Below are positions 39,375-48,134 of a DNA stretch of 64,000 bases, piece after piece; the stretch's first letter is position 1, and each line of letters begins with the position of its first letter. The position numbers and the translations under genes are program-made. Below the pieces are notes generated by a model. The model made no database searches, was not told the DNA's origin, and saw only the letters and a list, made by a program, of their open reading frames with translations. Origin of the DNA: Clostridia bacterium (GTDB lineage Bacteria > Bacillota > Limnochordia > DTU080 > RSA5); assembly GCA_002919235.1 (NCBI GenBank), contig PKEX01000029.1, positions 48,583-112,582 of the forward strand, in the 5' to 3' direction.

Positions 39375-40598
39375 TCAATCCGCCGCGCGAAAGGCGAAGC
39401 GCACGTCCAGCGAATCGAAGACCCACACGTCGCGGGCCGCCACGGCCTGTACGATCACGTTCCCGTCGTGCTGGGCGATGCGCTCCACCACCTCGTAGGC
39501 CTCCGCGACGCTGACGCTGCCGTAGTCGCCGTCCGGGGGAAGGAGACTGGCCCGGGCCACGCCGCTGATCTCCACCTCGAGAAACGTCCAGAGCTGCTCG
39601 TAAAGCTCCGCCTTGGGAAGGGATGGATCAAAGACGGCTTCGCCCAAGACGTCGCCTTCCCGAAAAACCCTCTCGTTGACGACGAAGCGGAAGTTTCCGA
39701 ACACCGGGTCGCCCTCGCGGGCGTTGGTGGCCGCGATCACCTGCACGATGACGCTCTGGTAGCCCTGCGCCGCACCTTCCAAGAGGCTTTGCACGGCGGC
39801 CGTCACGATCTCCTCGGCAGTGAACGTGATCATTTGGCCCTCCACCAGTTCGATCACCCGGTCGAGGCGGAGGACATCCCCGGTCTCCGGATCTCCCAGT
39901 CCTCGTTCCACAAGGCGCCGCGCCGTCTCGTCCAACCCCTGGCGCAGCGCCTCCAGGGTGGCCGCGCGACCTTGGGTGACGTCCACCAGGAACGTGTGGA
40001 GCACGTCACCCTTGTGCACGACGAAGTGGGCGTCGAAGAGGTTGGCCGCCACGTTGAAGAACTGCTCGCCCAAGAACCGGAGGACTTCCAGGTTTTGCTC
40101 CAGCGCTCTCAGCTCCTCGCGGGCCAGCGACAGCTGCTCCCGGGTGGAGTTCAGCGCGCTCTGGAGCGAGGCCAGCTCGCCGGCGAGCTCGGCGCGCTCT
40201 TGCTCCAGCCGGGCCCGCTCCGCCTCCAGCGCTTGGTTGGTGGTCTCCAGCTCCAAGTTTCTCCCTTCGAGCTCCAGGCGCTTGAGCTCGAAGGCGGCCA
40301 CTTCGGTCGAGAGCTGCTCGACGCTGGCCTGGAGCTCTTCAATGCCGAACAGCGCGGTGCGCACGCTGTTGGAGACGATCAACAGCGTCGTGAGGGTGAA
40401 CAAGACGATGAGGACGCCGGTGGCGACCGCGACCACCCGGGACGTGTACTTGGGCCGCAGGCCAAAGACGGAGAGGCGCTTTTTCCCCACGGCCTGGCCC
40501 ACCCGGTCGCCCCAGTAGGCCGCGACACCCCCGGCGAGCATCAGCAGGAAAATGAAGCCGATCCCAAAGGGCACGCGCGCGCCGACCTCCTCCAGCAC
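39375..40598 (-). CDS. DUF3084-like membrane-anchored coiled-coil protein
   Basis: 407 aa. N-terminal TM helices with GDRVGQAVGKKRLSVFGLRPKYTS, then a long Leu/Glu-rich coiled coil. Confidence 0.6.
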   Translation of the reverse strand: MLEEVGARVPFGIGFIFLLMLAGGVAAYWGDRVGQAVGKKRLSVFGLRPKYTSRVVAVATGVLIVLFTLTTLLIVSNSVRTALFGIEELQASVEQLSTEVAAFELKRLELEGRNLELETTNQALEAERARLEQERAELAGELASLQSALNSTREQLSLAREELRALEQNLEVLRFLGEQFFNVAANLFDAHFVVHKGDVLHTFLVDVTQGRAATLEALRQGLDETARRLVERGLGDPETGDVLRLDRVIELVEGQMITFTAEEIVTAAVQSLLEGAAQGYQSVIVQVIAATNAREGDPVFGNFRFVVNERVFREGDVLGEAVFDPSLPKAELYEQLWTFLEVEISGVARASLLPPDGDYGSVSVAEAYEVVERIAQHDGNVIVQAVAARDVWVFDSLDVRFAFRAAD

Positions 40599-40719
40599 TG
40601 GCCAGCGGCGGCCAATGCGGCACGCGGTACCTATTCTATCCTGGGACGGGGCATCCTCCAGAATTAGGGGAACCCGTCAGACTTATCCTGCCAGGCAGTC
40701 CCTGGAAAAACCGCCGGCC

Positions 40720-41340
40720 TTACGCCCCGAGGTGGGACGATTCGTTGAGGGCGATGGCCCGCCATCCCGCTTGCGTGTGGGCCACCGTGGTCAGGCTGCA
40801 GTTGACCAGAGGTGTCCTCGGGCTCTCCGGGTCCACCGCGCCGCTGGCGCGCAGGAAGGCGTTGATGAAGGCGCCGTGGGAGATGACGATGATGGCCTTC
40901 CCCCGGTGCGCCCGCGCGAGGCGCTCCACCGCCTGCACGGCCCGGGCCCTCAGCGCCTCGGCGTCTTCCAGGCCGGGGATCAGGTGCGGGCGCTGCCACC
41001 ACTGGGGATAGGCCTTTTCCGCCTCTTCGCGGGTGAGGCCCTCAAGGACGCCGAAAGCCCGCTCGATCAAGCCGGGGTCGACGTGGGGCGTCAGGCCGAC
41101 CCAGCGGCCCACCGCCCAGGCCGTCTCCATCGCCCGCTGAAGCGGGCTGGAGTAGAGCGCGTCCCAGCGGGCATGCCCCAGCTCCGCGATCTTGCGGGCC
41201 AGGGCTTGGCCGGCCTTCTCCGCCTGGAGCGCCCCTTCCGGGCTCAAGGGGATGTCGCTGCGCCCTTGGAGGCGCCCCGCGGCGTTCCAGGAGGTGGCGC
41301 CGTGGCGGACCAGGCAGACGATGCTCTCCTCCCGGCTCAT
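40720..41340 (-). CDS. histidine phosphatase (phosphoglycerate mutase) family protein
   Basis: 206 aa with the RHGATSWN catalytic motif. Confidence 0.85.
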   Translation of the reverse strand: MSREESIVCLVRHGATSWNAAGRLQGRSDIPLSPEGALQAEKAGQALARKIAELGHARWDALYSSPLQRAMETAWAVGRWVGLTPHVDPGLIERAFGVLEGLTREEAEKAYPQWWQRPHLIPGLEDAEALRARAVQAVERLARAHRGKAIIVISHGAFINAFLRASGAVDPESPRTPLVNCSLTTVAHTQAGWRAIALNESSHLGA

Positions 41341-41358
41341 GACGGCGTTCTCACGGCC

Positions 41359-43071
41359 TCACATGGCCTCCGGCGCCTCGATGCCCAGGAGGTAAAGCCC
41401 GTTCTTGATCACCTGCTTCACGGCGGCCACCAGGGCGAGCCTGGCCCGGGCGTTGGGGCTGCCCACGATGCGGTGCGCATGGTAAAAGCTGTTGAAGTCG
41501 CGGCACAAATCCAGGAGATAGCGGGCGATTTCCGAGGGCTCCCGCTCCTCGGCCGCTCTTTGGACCGCGTCGGGGTACTGGGCCAGCGCCTTGGCCAGCT
41601 GGAATTCCTCTTCGCCGGCGAGATCGCCCCGGCCGACGGAAAACGCTCCCGCCGGTGCGACGCCCTCCTCGACGCCGCGCCGGAGCACGCTGGCCGCCCG
41701 GGCGTGAGTGTACTGGACGTACGGCCCGGTGTCTCCTTCGAAGTTGAGCGCGGTCTCCCAGTCGAAGACCACGTCTTTGATGCGGTTGTGAGCCAGGTCG
41801 TTAAAGATGACGGCACCGACGCCCACCGCCTCGGCGACGCGATCCTTCTCCTCCAGCTCCGGGTTGCGCTCCTCGATGATGGCCCGCACCCTGGCCACGG
41901 CCTGGTCCAGGAGCTCCTCCAGAAAAATCACGTTCCCCTTCCGGGTGGAGAACGCCTCGTCGCCGAAGCGCACGTGCCCGAAGGCGATGTGCTCGCACGC
42001 CTCGACCCACGGGTAGCCCATCCGCTTCAGCACGCCGAAGACCTGCGCGAAGTGAAGCTGCTGCGGGGCTCCCACCACGTAGAACATATGGTCAAAGCGG
42101 TAGGTCTCATACCGGTGGACGGCGGCCGCGAGGTCCCGGGTGGCATAGAGCGTCGCCCCGTCCTTCTTCTTGATGAGGCACGGCGGCATGCCTTCCAGCT
42201 CCACCACCAGCGCGCCCTCGCTCTCTTTGAGCAGTCCCTTAGCCTCCAGCTCGGCGACGGTCCGCTCAATCGCTTCATTATAGGCGCTCTCGCCCAGGTA
42301 GCTGTCGAAGTGAACGCCCAGGCGGCGGTACGTCCGTTCAAATTCCTCCAGGGAAAGGTCGCGAAACTCCTGCCAGAGGCGGGTCTCCTCCACGCCCCCG
42401 TCCTCCAGCGCCTTGAACGCCGCCCGCGCCTCGTCCTCCAGGGACGGGTCGTTCTCGGCCTCCTGGTGAAAGCGCACGTAGAGGTCGAGCAGCTCCCGGA
42501 TGGGCTCGGCCTCAAGGCGCGCCCGGTCGCCCCAGCGGCGGTACGCCACGATCAGCTTGCCGAACTGGGTGCCCCAGTCGCCGAGGTGGTTGATCCGCAC
42601 CGTCTTGAACCCCAGGCTTTCGAAGATCCGGGCCAGGGAGTGGCCGATGATGGTCGAGCGCAAGTGCCCCACGTGGAACGGCTTGGCGATGTTGGGCGAC
42701 GAGAAATCCAGGACCACCGTCTTGCCGTTTCCGACGTCCGACTTGCCGTAGTCGTCGCCGCGAGCCAGGACCGCTTCCACCACCCGCCGGCTGCTCTCGT
42801 CGCGGTTCAAGAAGATGTTGACGTAGGCCTTCACCACCTCGACCCGCTCGATCAGCTCCGTCGGGCCGATGCGCTGGCCCAGCTCCTCCGCGATGCGGTC
42901 GGGCGCCTTCCGGAGGACCCGCGCCAGCTGGAAGCAGGGGAAAGCGTAGTCTCCCAGCTCCCTGCCGGGCGGGATCTCGATCACCTCCCGCACGTCAAAG
43001 CCTTGGACTCCCAGCGCGGCGAGAGCCTCTTCTACCTTGGCTGCCACGTGGTCGAGAAGGACGTTTGCCAT
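41359..43071 (-). CDS. argS: arginine--tRNA ligase
   Basis: 570 aa from the internal ATG (MANVLLDHVAAKVEEAL...), RBS GGAAAGGTGG. HIGH-type motif (PNIAKPFHVGHLRST) and the C-terminal DALR domain. The track's 147-aa N-terminal extension is rejected. Confidence 0.95.
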   Translation of the reverse strand: MANVLLDHVAAKVEEALAALGVQGFDVREVIEIPPGRELGDYAFPCFQLARVLRKAPDRIAEELGQRIGPTELIERVEVVKAYVNIFLNRDESSRRVVEAVLARGDDYGKSDVGNGKTVVLDFSSPNIAKPFHVGHLRSTIIGHSLARIFESLGFKTVRINHLGDWGTQFGKLIVAYRRWGDRARLEAEPIRELLDLYVRFHQEAENDPSLEDEARAAFKALEDGGVEETRLWQEFRDLSLEEFERTYRRLGVHFDSYLGESAYNEAIERTVAELEAKGLLKESEGALVVELEGMPPCLIKKKDGATLYATRDLAAAVHRYETYRFDHMFYVVGAPQQLHFAQVFGVLKRMGYPWVEACEHIAFGHVRFGDEAFSTRKGNVIFLEELLDQAVARVRAIIEERNPELEEKDRVAEAVGVGAVIFNDLAHNRIKDVVFDWETALNFEGDTGPYVQYTHARAASVLRRGVEEGVAPAGAFSVGRGDLAGEEEFQLAKALAQYPDAVQRAAEEREPSEIARYLLDLCRDFNSFYHAHRIVGSPNARARLALVAAVKQVIKNGLYLLGIEAPEAM

Positions 43072-43139
43072 GTCGATGAACCACCTTTCCTGCAGAAAAA
43101 GCGCCCGCCCCCGGGCGCGGGAGCACGTGCAGACGGTTC

Positions 43140-43514
43140 TCAGCCGGCCACCCACGCCTGCCGGTCGGCGGGATACAGGGCGATAGAGCTTCGCCCGCAG
43201 CCGTCGCCGCAGAAGCGGACGACGACGCCCCCGTCCTCGTGGACGATTCCCTCGACGTGCCGCATGTGGATGATGATGCGCACGCCGTTGGCGAAGAGCA
43301 GTCCCACCTGCTGCGGCACCACGCCGAAGCGCCTGGCCGCGTCGGCGTTGCATGCCTTGGGGCGGTCCACCTGTACCAGCCGCGAGCGGAAGCGGACAAA
43401 GGCGCCCCTGCACTCCAGGTCGACGCTGGCCTCGCTGCCCTCCCTCTGCTCGAGGTCCGTCAGGAATTCGGGCCAGGCCAGCTGCACACGCCATCCCCCT
43501 TTGTACACCCACAT
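43140..43514 (-). CDS. small hypothetical protein (position consistent with DUF1934/YwiB-like gene preceding argS)
   Basis: 124 aa. Its ATG lies 3 nt after the beta-clamp paralog stop. The family call rests on synteny only; sequence similarity is not convincing. Confidence 0.4.
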   Translation of the reverse strand: MWVYKGGWRVQLAWPEFLTDLEQREGSEASVDLECRGAFVRFRSRLVQVDRPKACNADAARRFGVVPQQVGLLFANGVRIIIHMRHVEGIVHEDGGVVVRFCGDGCGRSSIALYPADRQAWVAG

Positions 43515-43516
43515 GG

Positions 43517-44662
43517 CTACACCGCCTCCGATTCCGAAACCGACTGGCGCAAAGGCATGAGGATGGTGCGAAACGCGACGCTCTCGTCGGCCGGAGCCAG
43601 CGCGACCGGGGCCAAAGGCTCGGAGAGGTAGAGCGCTACCTGCTCCACAGGCTGGGCCCGCAGCGCGCTGGTGAGCCTCTTGGCATCCAGCCAGACCCTC
43701 CTTCGGGGATGATAGGCCGAGAGCGGGATGACGGTCTGCGCCTCTCCTAGCTCTTGCTCGGCGGTGAAAAGGTGCAGGCGGTCGCCGTCCACCGTCAGGC
43801 AGAGACTCCTGCGGGACGCGTCATCCGCGATGCTGGAGACCTGGCGGACCGCTTCCAGCAGCCGGTCCCGGTCCACCTCCACCCTCACCCCGGAAAGAGG
43901 GCCCGTAAAGCGGGAAAGATCAGGGTATTGGATGTCGAGCCGGCGGATGGCCCACGCCACGTCGCCGGACGCGATATGCACCGCCCTCGGGCCCCAGGAG
44001 ACCGCTGCCCGGTCGCCCCCGAACGCCTGGAGCGCCTTGGCGAACGTGTTCAGCGCCGACGTGGGCAGGACCGCCTGGAGCGCGGCGCCCTCCGGCGCGC
44101 CCTCGACCCGGTCCGCGGGCAGGCGATAGTGCGCCAGTTGGTAGCTGTCGGTGGCCGCCATCTCCAGCCCGCCTGCGCCCGCCGCCACCAGCACCCCCGC
44201 GAAGGGCGAAAGCTCTTCCGAGTCCACGGCGCAGAAGGTCGTGCGCCCGATGAGGTCGATGAGGTGCCCGGCTTCCACGTGGAGATCGGCCCGCCCGGGA
44301 GGCGCCAGCCGGGGAAAGTCGCCGGCGTCCAGGGTCTGCAGGCGGAAGGCCGACGGGCCCGACGTCAGGCGGAGCGATTCGCCCGTGCCGCTGCTGGAGA
44401 GGACGACGTCCCCGCCGGGCAGCGTCGAGACGATGCTGGCCAGCGTCCGCGCGGCGACCGCGACGGTGCCCGCGGCGTGCACCTGGGCCGGGAGCACGAT
44501 CTCCGCCGTGCTTTGGAGATCCGTCGCGCGCAGCGTGACGCGGCCCGGTTCCGCCTCGACGACGACGGCGCTGACGATCGGCGCCACCGGCCGGCGGGGC
44601 GCCACGCGGCCGACGATCTGAAGCGCCTTGGCCAACCGGTGCTGGTCGATCAGTAGCTGCAC
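43517..44662 (-). CDS. DNA polymerase III beta-subunit (sliding clamp) paralog
   Basis: 381 aa from GTG 44662, with strong RBS GAAAGGAG 10 nt upstream. VQLLIDQHRLAKALQIVGRVAP...LRATDLQSTAE...FRLQTLDAGDFP aligns position-by-position with E. coli DnaN domain I. The track's 195-aa N-terminal extension is rejected. Confidence 0.75.
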   Translation of the reverse strand: MQLLIDQHRLAKALQIVGRVAPRRPVAPIVSAVVVEAEPGRVTLRATDLQSTAEIVLPAQVHAAGTVAVAARTLASIVSTLPGGDVVLSSSGTGESLRLTSGPSAFRLQTLDAGDFPRLAPPGRADLHVEAGHLIDLIGRTTFCAVDSEELSPFAGVLVAAGAGGLEMAATDSYQLAHYRLPADRVEGAPEGAALQAVLPTSALNTFAKALQAFGGDRAAVSWGPRAVHIASGDVAWAIRRLDIQYPDLSRFTGPLSGVRVEVDRDRLLEAVRQVSSIADDASRRSLCLTVDGDRLHLFTAEQELGEAQTVIPLSAYHPRRRVWLDAKRLTSALRAQPVEQVALYLSEPLAPVALAPADESVAFRTILMPLRQSVSESEAV

Positions 44663-44882
44663 GGACCCTGGGCTCCTTTCTCCCTTGCCATTCATCATAT
44701 CACAGGCCTCTTGGGCCGCGCCACACCGGGGTTGCCCGTCCCTCGCCCCGGAGCCTGCACCGGGCCGCCGTTGTACGGGGGCCTGCCGCTGTGGTACGCT
44801 TTTCTTGCACCTGGGCGAGCGGCGCCTTGCGAGATCCGCAGGCGGCGGCATCGCGCTGGTGCTCAGGGGAGGGTTTGGCGTG

Positions 44883-45410
44883 ATGCAGTCCATCGCCCAG
44901 TATCTGCGAGACCGGCTCGATCCCGGGCAGTACCAGCTGCTGCAAAAGGTGAGCCGCGGCTTTACCCGGCCGCTGTTCGCCCTGGATCCTGAGACCGGCC
45001 GGTTCGAGTGCGCCGCCGAGCTGGACGACGAGGAGGTGGAGGATCCCTCCGTCCTCGACGCCCTCTGTGTCGCCTGCGAGCTGCTGGAGGCGTCCGGCGT
45101 CTCCTTCGACCCGCAGGACCCGGCGCTGGAGCCGTCGGCATCCTCCGGGACGGTGGAGCTCACTTTCGACTTTCCCGATGAGGATGAAGACGCGCTCGTG
45201 CGGTTCAAGGCGATGCTGGCCGAAAACGCCTCGGCCGATGCAGGCATTCATGCGGATTACCAGAAATATCCCGGGGGCGTCCAGGCCCGGATCCGCCTGG
45301 CCTACTCCAGCGACTTCGACTACCAGAGGAAAAAAGATCTCATCGATTTTGTGCTCCAGGTCGCAAAGCGGCGGGCCAAAGACGATCCCCTCTCCGGCAG
45401 CCGGTTGTAG
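44883..45410 (+). CDS. acidic hypothetical protein
   Basis: 175 aa from the internal ATG with RBS GGGGAGGG 9 nt upstream. Asp/Glu-rich centre, no recognisable family. Lies 31 nt upstream of the CNNM gene. Confidence 0.5.
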   Translation: MQSIAQYLRDRLDPGQYQLLQKVSRGFTRPLFALDPETGRFECAAELDDEEVEDPSVLDALCVACELLEASGVSFDPQDPALEPSASSGTVELTFDFPDEDEDALVRFKAMLAENASADAGIHADYQKYPGGVQARIRLAYSSDFDYQRKKDLIDFVLQVAKRRAKDDPLSGSRL

Positions 45411-45440
45411 TGAGTTCTTGAACCAGAAAGCGGTGGAGTC

Positions 45441-46778
45441 ATGGAAGCGGGACACGCGCCGGTGATCCTGACGGCTCTTCTCGTCCTCATCGTGATCAAC
45501 GCCGCCTTCGTCGCCGCGAAAGCAGGCGGGGCGCTCCGGCGGGACAAACACCTGGAGGAGCTGGTCGCGCGGGGCCTGTCGAGAGCCGAGGCCGCGCTGG
45601 CCGCGGCCCGGGAGGTCCAGCGGCTCCACGAGGCGGCAAACCTCGTGACGACGCTGGTCCTGGCACTGGTGGGCTGGTGGGGCGTTCCCCTTCTCTACCG
45701 GAGCTTCTCCGGCCTTTTTGACCCGCTGCTGCCCGCTCCCGCCCGGGCGGCGGCGGCGGGAGCCCTCGCGGTGCTGGTCGCCGCCGGGGTTCACCTGGTC
45801 TTCGTCCAGATTCTCCCGGAACGGTGGGCGGCGCGCTTTGGGCCGGCTCCATTCCTTAGAGGCGCGGTGTCCGTCGTTCACAAGCTGGCCCAGCCCTTTC
45901 TTTGGCTGGTCTACCGGACGGCGGCCGGCATCGGCCGGCTCACCGGCGCCCGCCGCCCAGGCGGCGAAGGCCTAGAGATGCCCCCAGGGTCCCCGGGGAT
46001 GATCGCCTTGGCCAGCCGCGGCCGCGGTTCGCTGGGAGCCACGCAGCGGGAGATCCTCCAAGCGTACTTCGACTACCGTGAGCGGCCCGTGGAAGAGGTG
46101 ATGATTCCCCTAAAGGACGTGGCGTCCGTCGCGTCCACGATGAGAATCCGGGAAGTGCGGGATGCGGTGCGCCACTTCGGGTTCACCCGCTACCCGGTGT
46201 ACGACGCCGAGCCGGACCGGATCATCGGCTTCGTCCACTTCCGGGAGCTGGTGGAAGCGGCGGAGGTGACGCCGCGGGCGCCGGTGACCGACGTGATGCA
46301 CTCCACCGTCACCGTCTCCTCGCGAGCGCCCGTCTCCGAGGCGCTGCAGGCGATGCAGTCCCGGGGTTGCCCGCTGGCCGTGGTGGCGGACGAGCGCGGC
46401 GCGACTCTGGGCATCGTCACCGTCGAGGATCTCTTGATCGAGCTGCTGGCGGGGGACGGCCGGCCCCCGGGCCAGCTTCCCCCCAGCGTGGAGGTGGCCG
46501 CGGGAGTCTACGAAGTGGACGCCGCGCTGCCCGTCGAGGAAGTGGAAGATCTCTTGGATGTCGACCTCGATCACGTGGGCTTTGAGACCCTCGGCGGCTT
46601 CGTTTCGCAGCGTCTGGGAAGAAAGCCCAAGATCGGCGACGCCGTCCGGGTGAGCGGGTTGGTCTTTGAGGTGATCGGGGTGCGCGGAGCCCGGGTCACC
46701 CGGATCCGGGTGCAGCGGACCCGGCAGGCCCCGCGCCCCTGGCTCGCGGCGCGCCGGCCGGCGGGCGATCAGAGCTGA
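45441..46778 (+). CDS. CNNM/HlyC-CorC family transporter-associated protein (DUF21 TM domain, CBS pair, CorC_HlyC domain)
   Basis: 445 aa with an N-terminal 4-TM DUF21 region, tandem CBS domains and a C-terminal transporter-associated domain. Confidence 0.85.
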   Translation: MEAGHAPVILTALLVLIVINAAFVAAKAGGALRRDKHLEELVARGLSRAEAALAAAREVQRLHEAANLVTTLVLALVGWWGVPLLYRSFSGLFDPLLPAPARAAAAGALAVLVAAGVHLVFVQILPERWAARFGPAPFLRGAVSVVHKLAQPFLWLVYRTAAGIGRLTGARRPGGEGLEMPPGSPGMIALASRGRGSLGATQREILQAYFDYRERPVEEVMIPLKDVASVASTMRIREVRDAVRHFGFTRYPVYDAEPDRIIGFVHFRELVEAAEVTPRAPVTDVMHSTVTVSSRAPVSEALQAMQSRGCPLAVVADERGATLGIVTVEDLLIELLAGDGRPPGQLPPSVEVAAGVYEVDAALPVEEVEDLLDVDLDHVGFETLGGFVSQRLGRKPKIGDAVRVSGLVFEVIGVRGARVTRIRVQRTRQAPRPWLAARRPAGDQS

Positions 46779-47758
46779 AGACCCATCCGTTCCCGCACCT
46801 CACGCATGGTCTCCTGCGCGATGCGGCGCGCGCACCGGGCACCCTCGTTCAGCAGTTCCCGCAGCTGCTCCCGGCGGGCCAGGAGTTCCGCCCGCCGCTC
46901 CCGGATGGGGGCGAGCCCGGCGATCATCGCCTCGGCCACCGCGTCTTTCAGCTCCACGTACCGCAGCTCTCCCCGGTCGTAGTCCTCCTTAAACTTCTGC
47001 ACCACGTCGGGGGCGGCGAACGACTCCAGCAGCAGGAAGAGGTTTTTCACGCCGGGGCTCATCTCACCCGCCGGTTGCGGCCCCGCGTCGGTCACCGCCC
47101 GCCGCACCAGCTTGCGGATGACCTCGGGTTCCTCCGCCAAAGCGACCGCGCCCCCGGGGATGCTTTTCGACATCTTGCTGGTGGGGTCGCTCAACGCTTT
47201 GACCCGGGCGGCCTGGGTCACGTGGGGCTGCGGTTCCGGGAAGGTCTCGCCGAAGAGCCGGTTGAACTTGCGCACGATCTCCCGGGTGAGCTCGAGGTGC
47301 TGGATCTGGTCCTCGCCCACGGGCACGAGGTCCGCCTTGTAGAGCATGATGTCGGCCGCCATCAGCACCGGGTAGCACAAGAGCCCGGCGCCCACGCTCT
47401 CTCGCTGCTGCCGGGCGGCCTTCTCCTTGTACTGGGTCATCCGTTCCAGCATCCCCACCGGCGTCAGGCACGTCAACAGCCACGAGAGCTCGGTGTGTTC
47501 GGGGACCATGGACTGGACGAAGAGGGTCGCCCGCTCGGGGTCGATCCCTGCGGCGATCAGCGTCGCCGCGAGATCGATGACCCGCTCCGGAAGCTCGCGC
47601 GGGTCGTACGGCACGGTGATCGCGTGCAGGTCGACGATGCAGAAGATGCTCTCATATTCGTACTGAAGCTGCGTCCAGTTCTTGATGGCCCCCAGGTAGT
47701 TTCCCACGTGGATGCTGCCGCTGGGCTGGATTCCGGAGAAAATCCTTCGCGCCACCAA
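46769..47758 (-). CDS. trpS: tryptophan--tRNA ligase
   Basis: 329 aa with FSGIQPSGSIHVGNYLGA (HIGH-like) and KMSKS motifs. TTG/GTG start with RBS AAGGAGG. Confidence 0.95.
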   Translation of the reverse strand: MVARRIFSGIQPSGSIHVGNYLGAIKNWTQLQYEYESIFCIVDLHAITVPYDPRELPERVIDLAATLIAAGIDPERATLFVQSMVPEHTELSWLLTCLTPVGMLERMTQYKEKAARQQRESVGAGLLCYPVLMAADIMLYKADLVPVGEDQIQHLELTREIVRKFNRLFGETFPEPQPHVTQAARVKALSDPTSKMSKSIPGGAVALAEEPEVIRKLVRRAVTDAGPQPAGEMSPGVKNLFLLLESFAAPDVVQKFKEDYDRGELRYVELKDAVAEAMIAGLAPIRERRAELLARREQLRELLNEGARCARRIAQETMREVRERMGLQL

Positions 47759-48064
47759 ACAAACCTCCTTGTCCGATTAAAAAGGCTCCCCGTCCCGGTC
47801 AAGGGACGAGGAGCCTCGCGGTGCCACCCTTGTTGGCAGGCGCGCCGTTGCCCGGCCGCGCCCTGCCCACCTCGATGCGCCTCGATAACGGGAGGCGTCC
47901 GGAAAAGGCCTACTGGGCCAGGACTCTCCTGCCGTTCGGACCCCCGGCTTGCGGGCCCACTTCCCCGTGGCTGCGCCGCCGGCTCGCACCGCCCGCCGGC
48001 TCTCTTCAGGCCGCCCGCCAGGGTACTCCCCCGCGCATCGCCTGTGCTCGGCTATCGTATATGT
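47759..48064 (-). promoter_or_regulatory. T-box riboswitch leader (predicted tRNA-Trp responsive) for trpS
   Basis: Conserved T-box sequence AACAAGGGTGGCACCGCGAGG (minus strand, ~47815-47835) immediately 5' of and overlapping the terminator. The leader is ~305 nt, typical for T-box leaders. The specifier loop was not mapped. Confidence 0.75.
47777..47815 (-). terminator. T-box leader terminator (attenuator) upstream of trpS
   Basis: Minus-strand RNA: GGCUCCUCGUCCC-UUGACC-GGGACGGGGAGCC (13-bp stem), followed by UUUUUAAUC. Its 5' arm overlaps the T-box sequence. Confidence 0.7.
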
Positions 48065-48071
48065 GGCATCA

Positions 48072-48100
48072 ATGATATAATACAGGTCACGGGCCGTCAA
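48072..48100 (-). promoter_or_regulatory. sigma-A promoter for the trpS T-box leader: -35 TTGACG (48095-48100), 17-nt spacer, -10 TATCAT (48072-48077)
   Basis: Read on the minus strand. It places the TSS ~305 nt upstream of trpS. Confidence 0.5.
48073..48081 (+). promoter_or_regulatory. extended -10 promoter element TGaTATAAT for infC (no clear -35)
   Basis: Plus-strand TGATATAAT overlaps the minus-strand -10 of the trpS promoter. This is a back-to-back overlapping divergent promoter arrangement. Confidence 0.4.
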
Positions 48101-48134
48101 GACAGGCCCAGCATCCTTTGCGGAGGTGGTTTTG

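Noticed and set aside
44663-44882. Looked for an Arg T-box leader upstream of the dnaN-paralog/DUF1934-like/argS unit
   Set aside because: No T-box consensus (GGGTGGnACCGCG) on the minus strand in the 220-nt upstream region.
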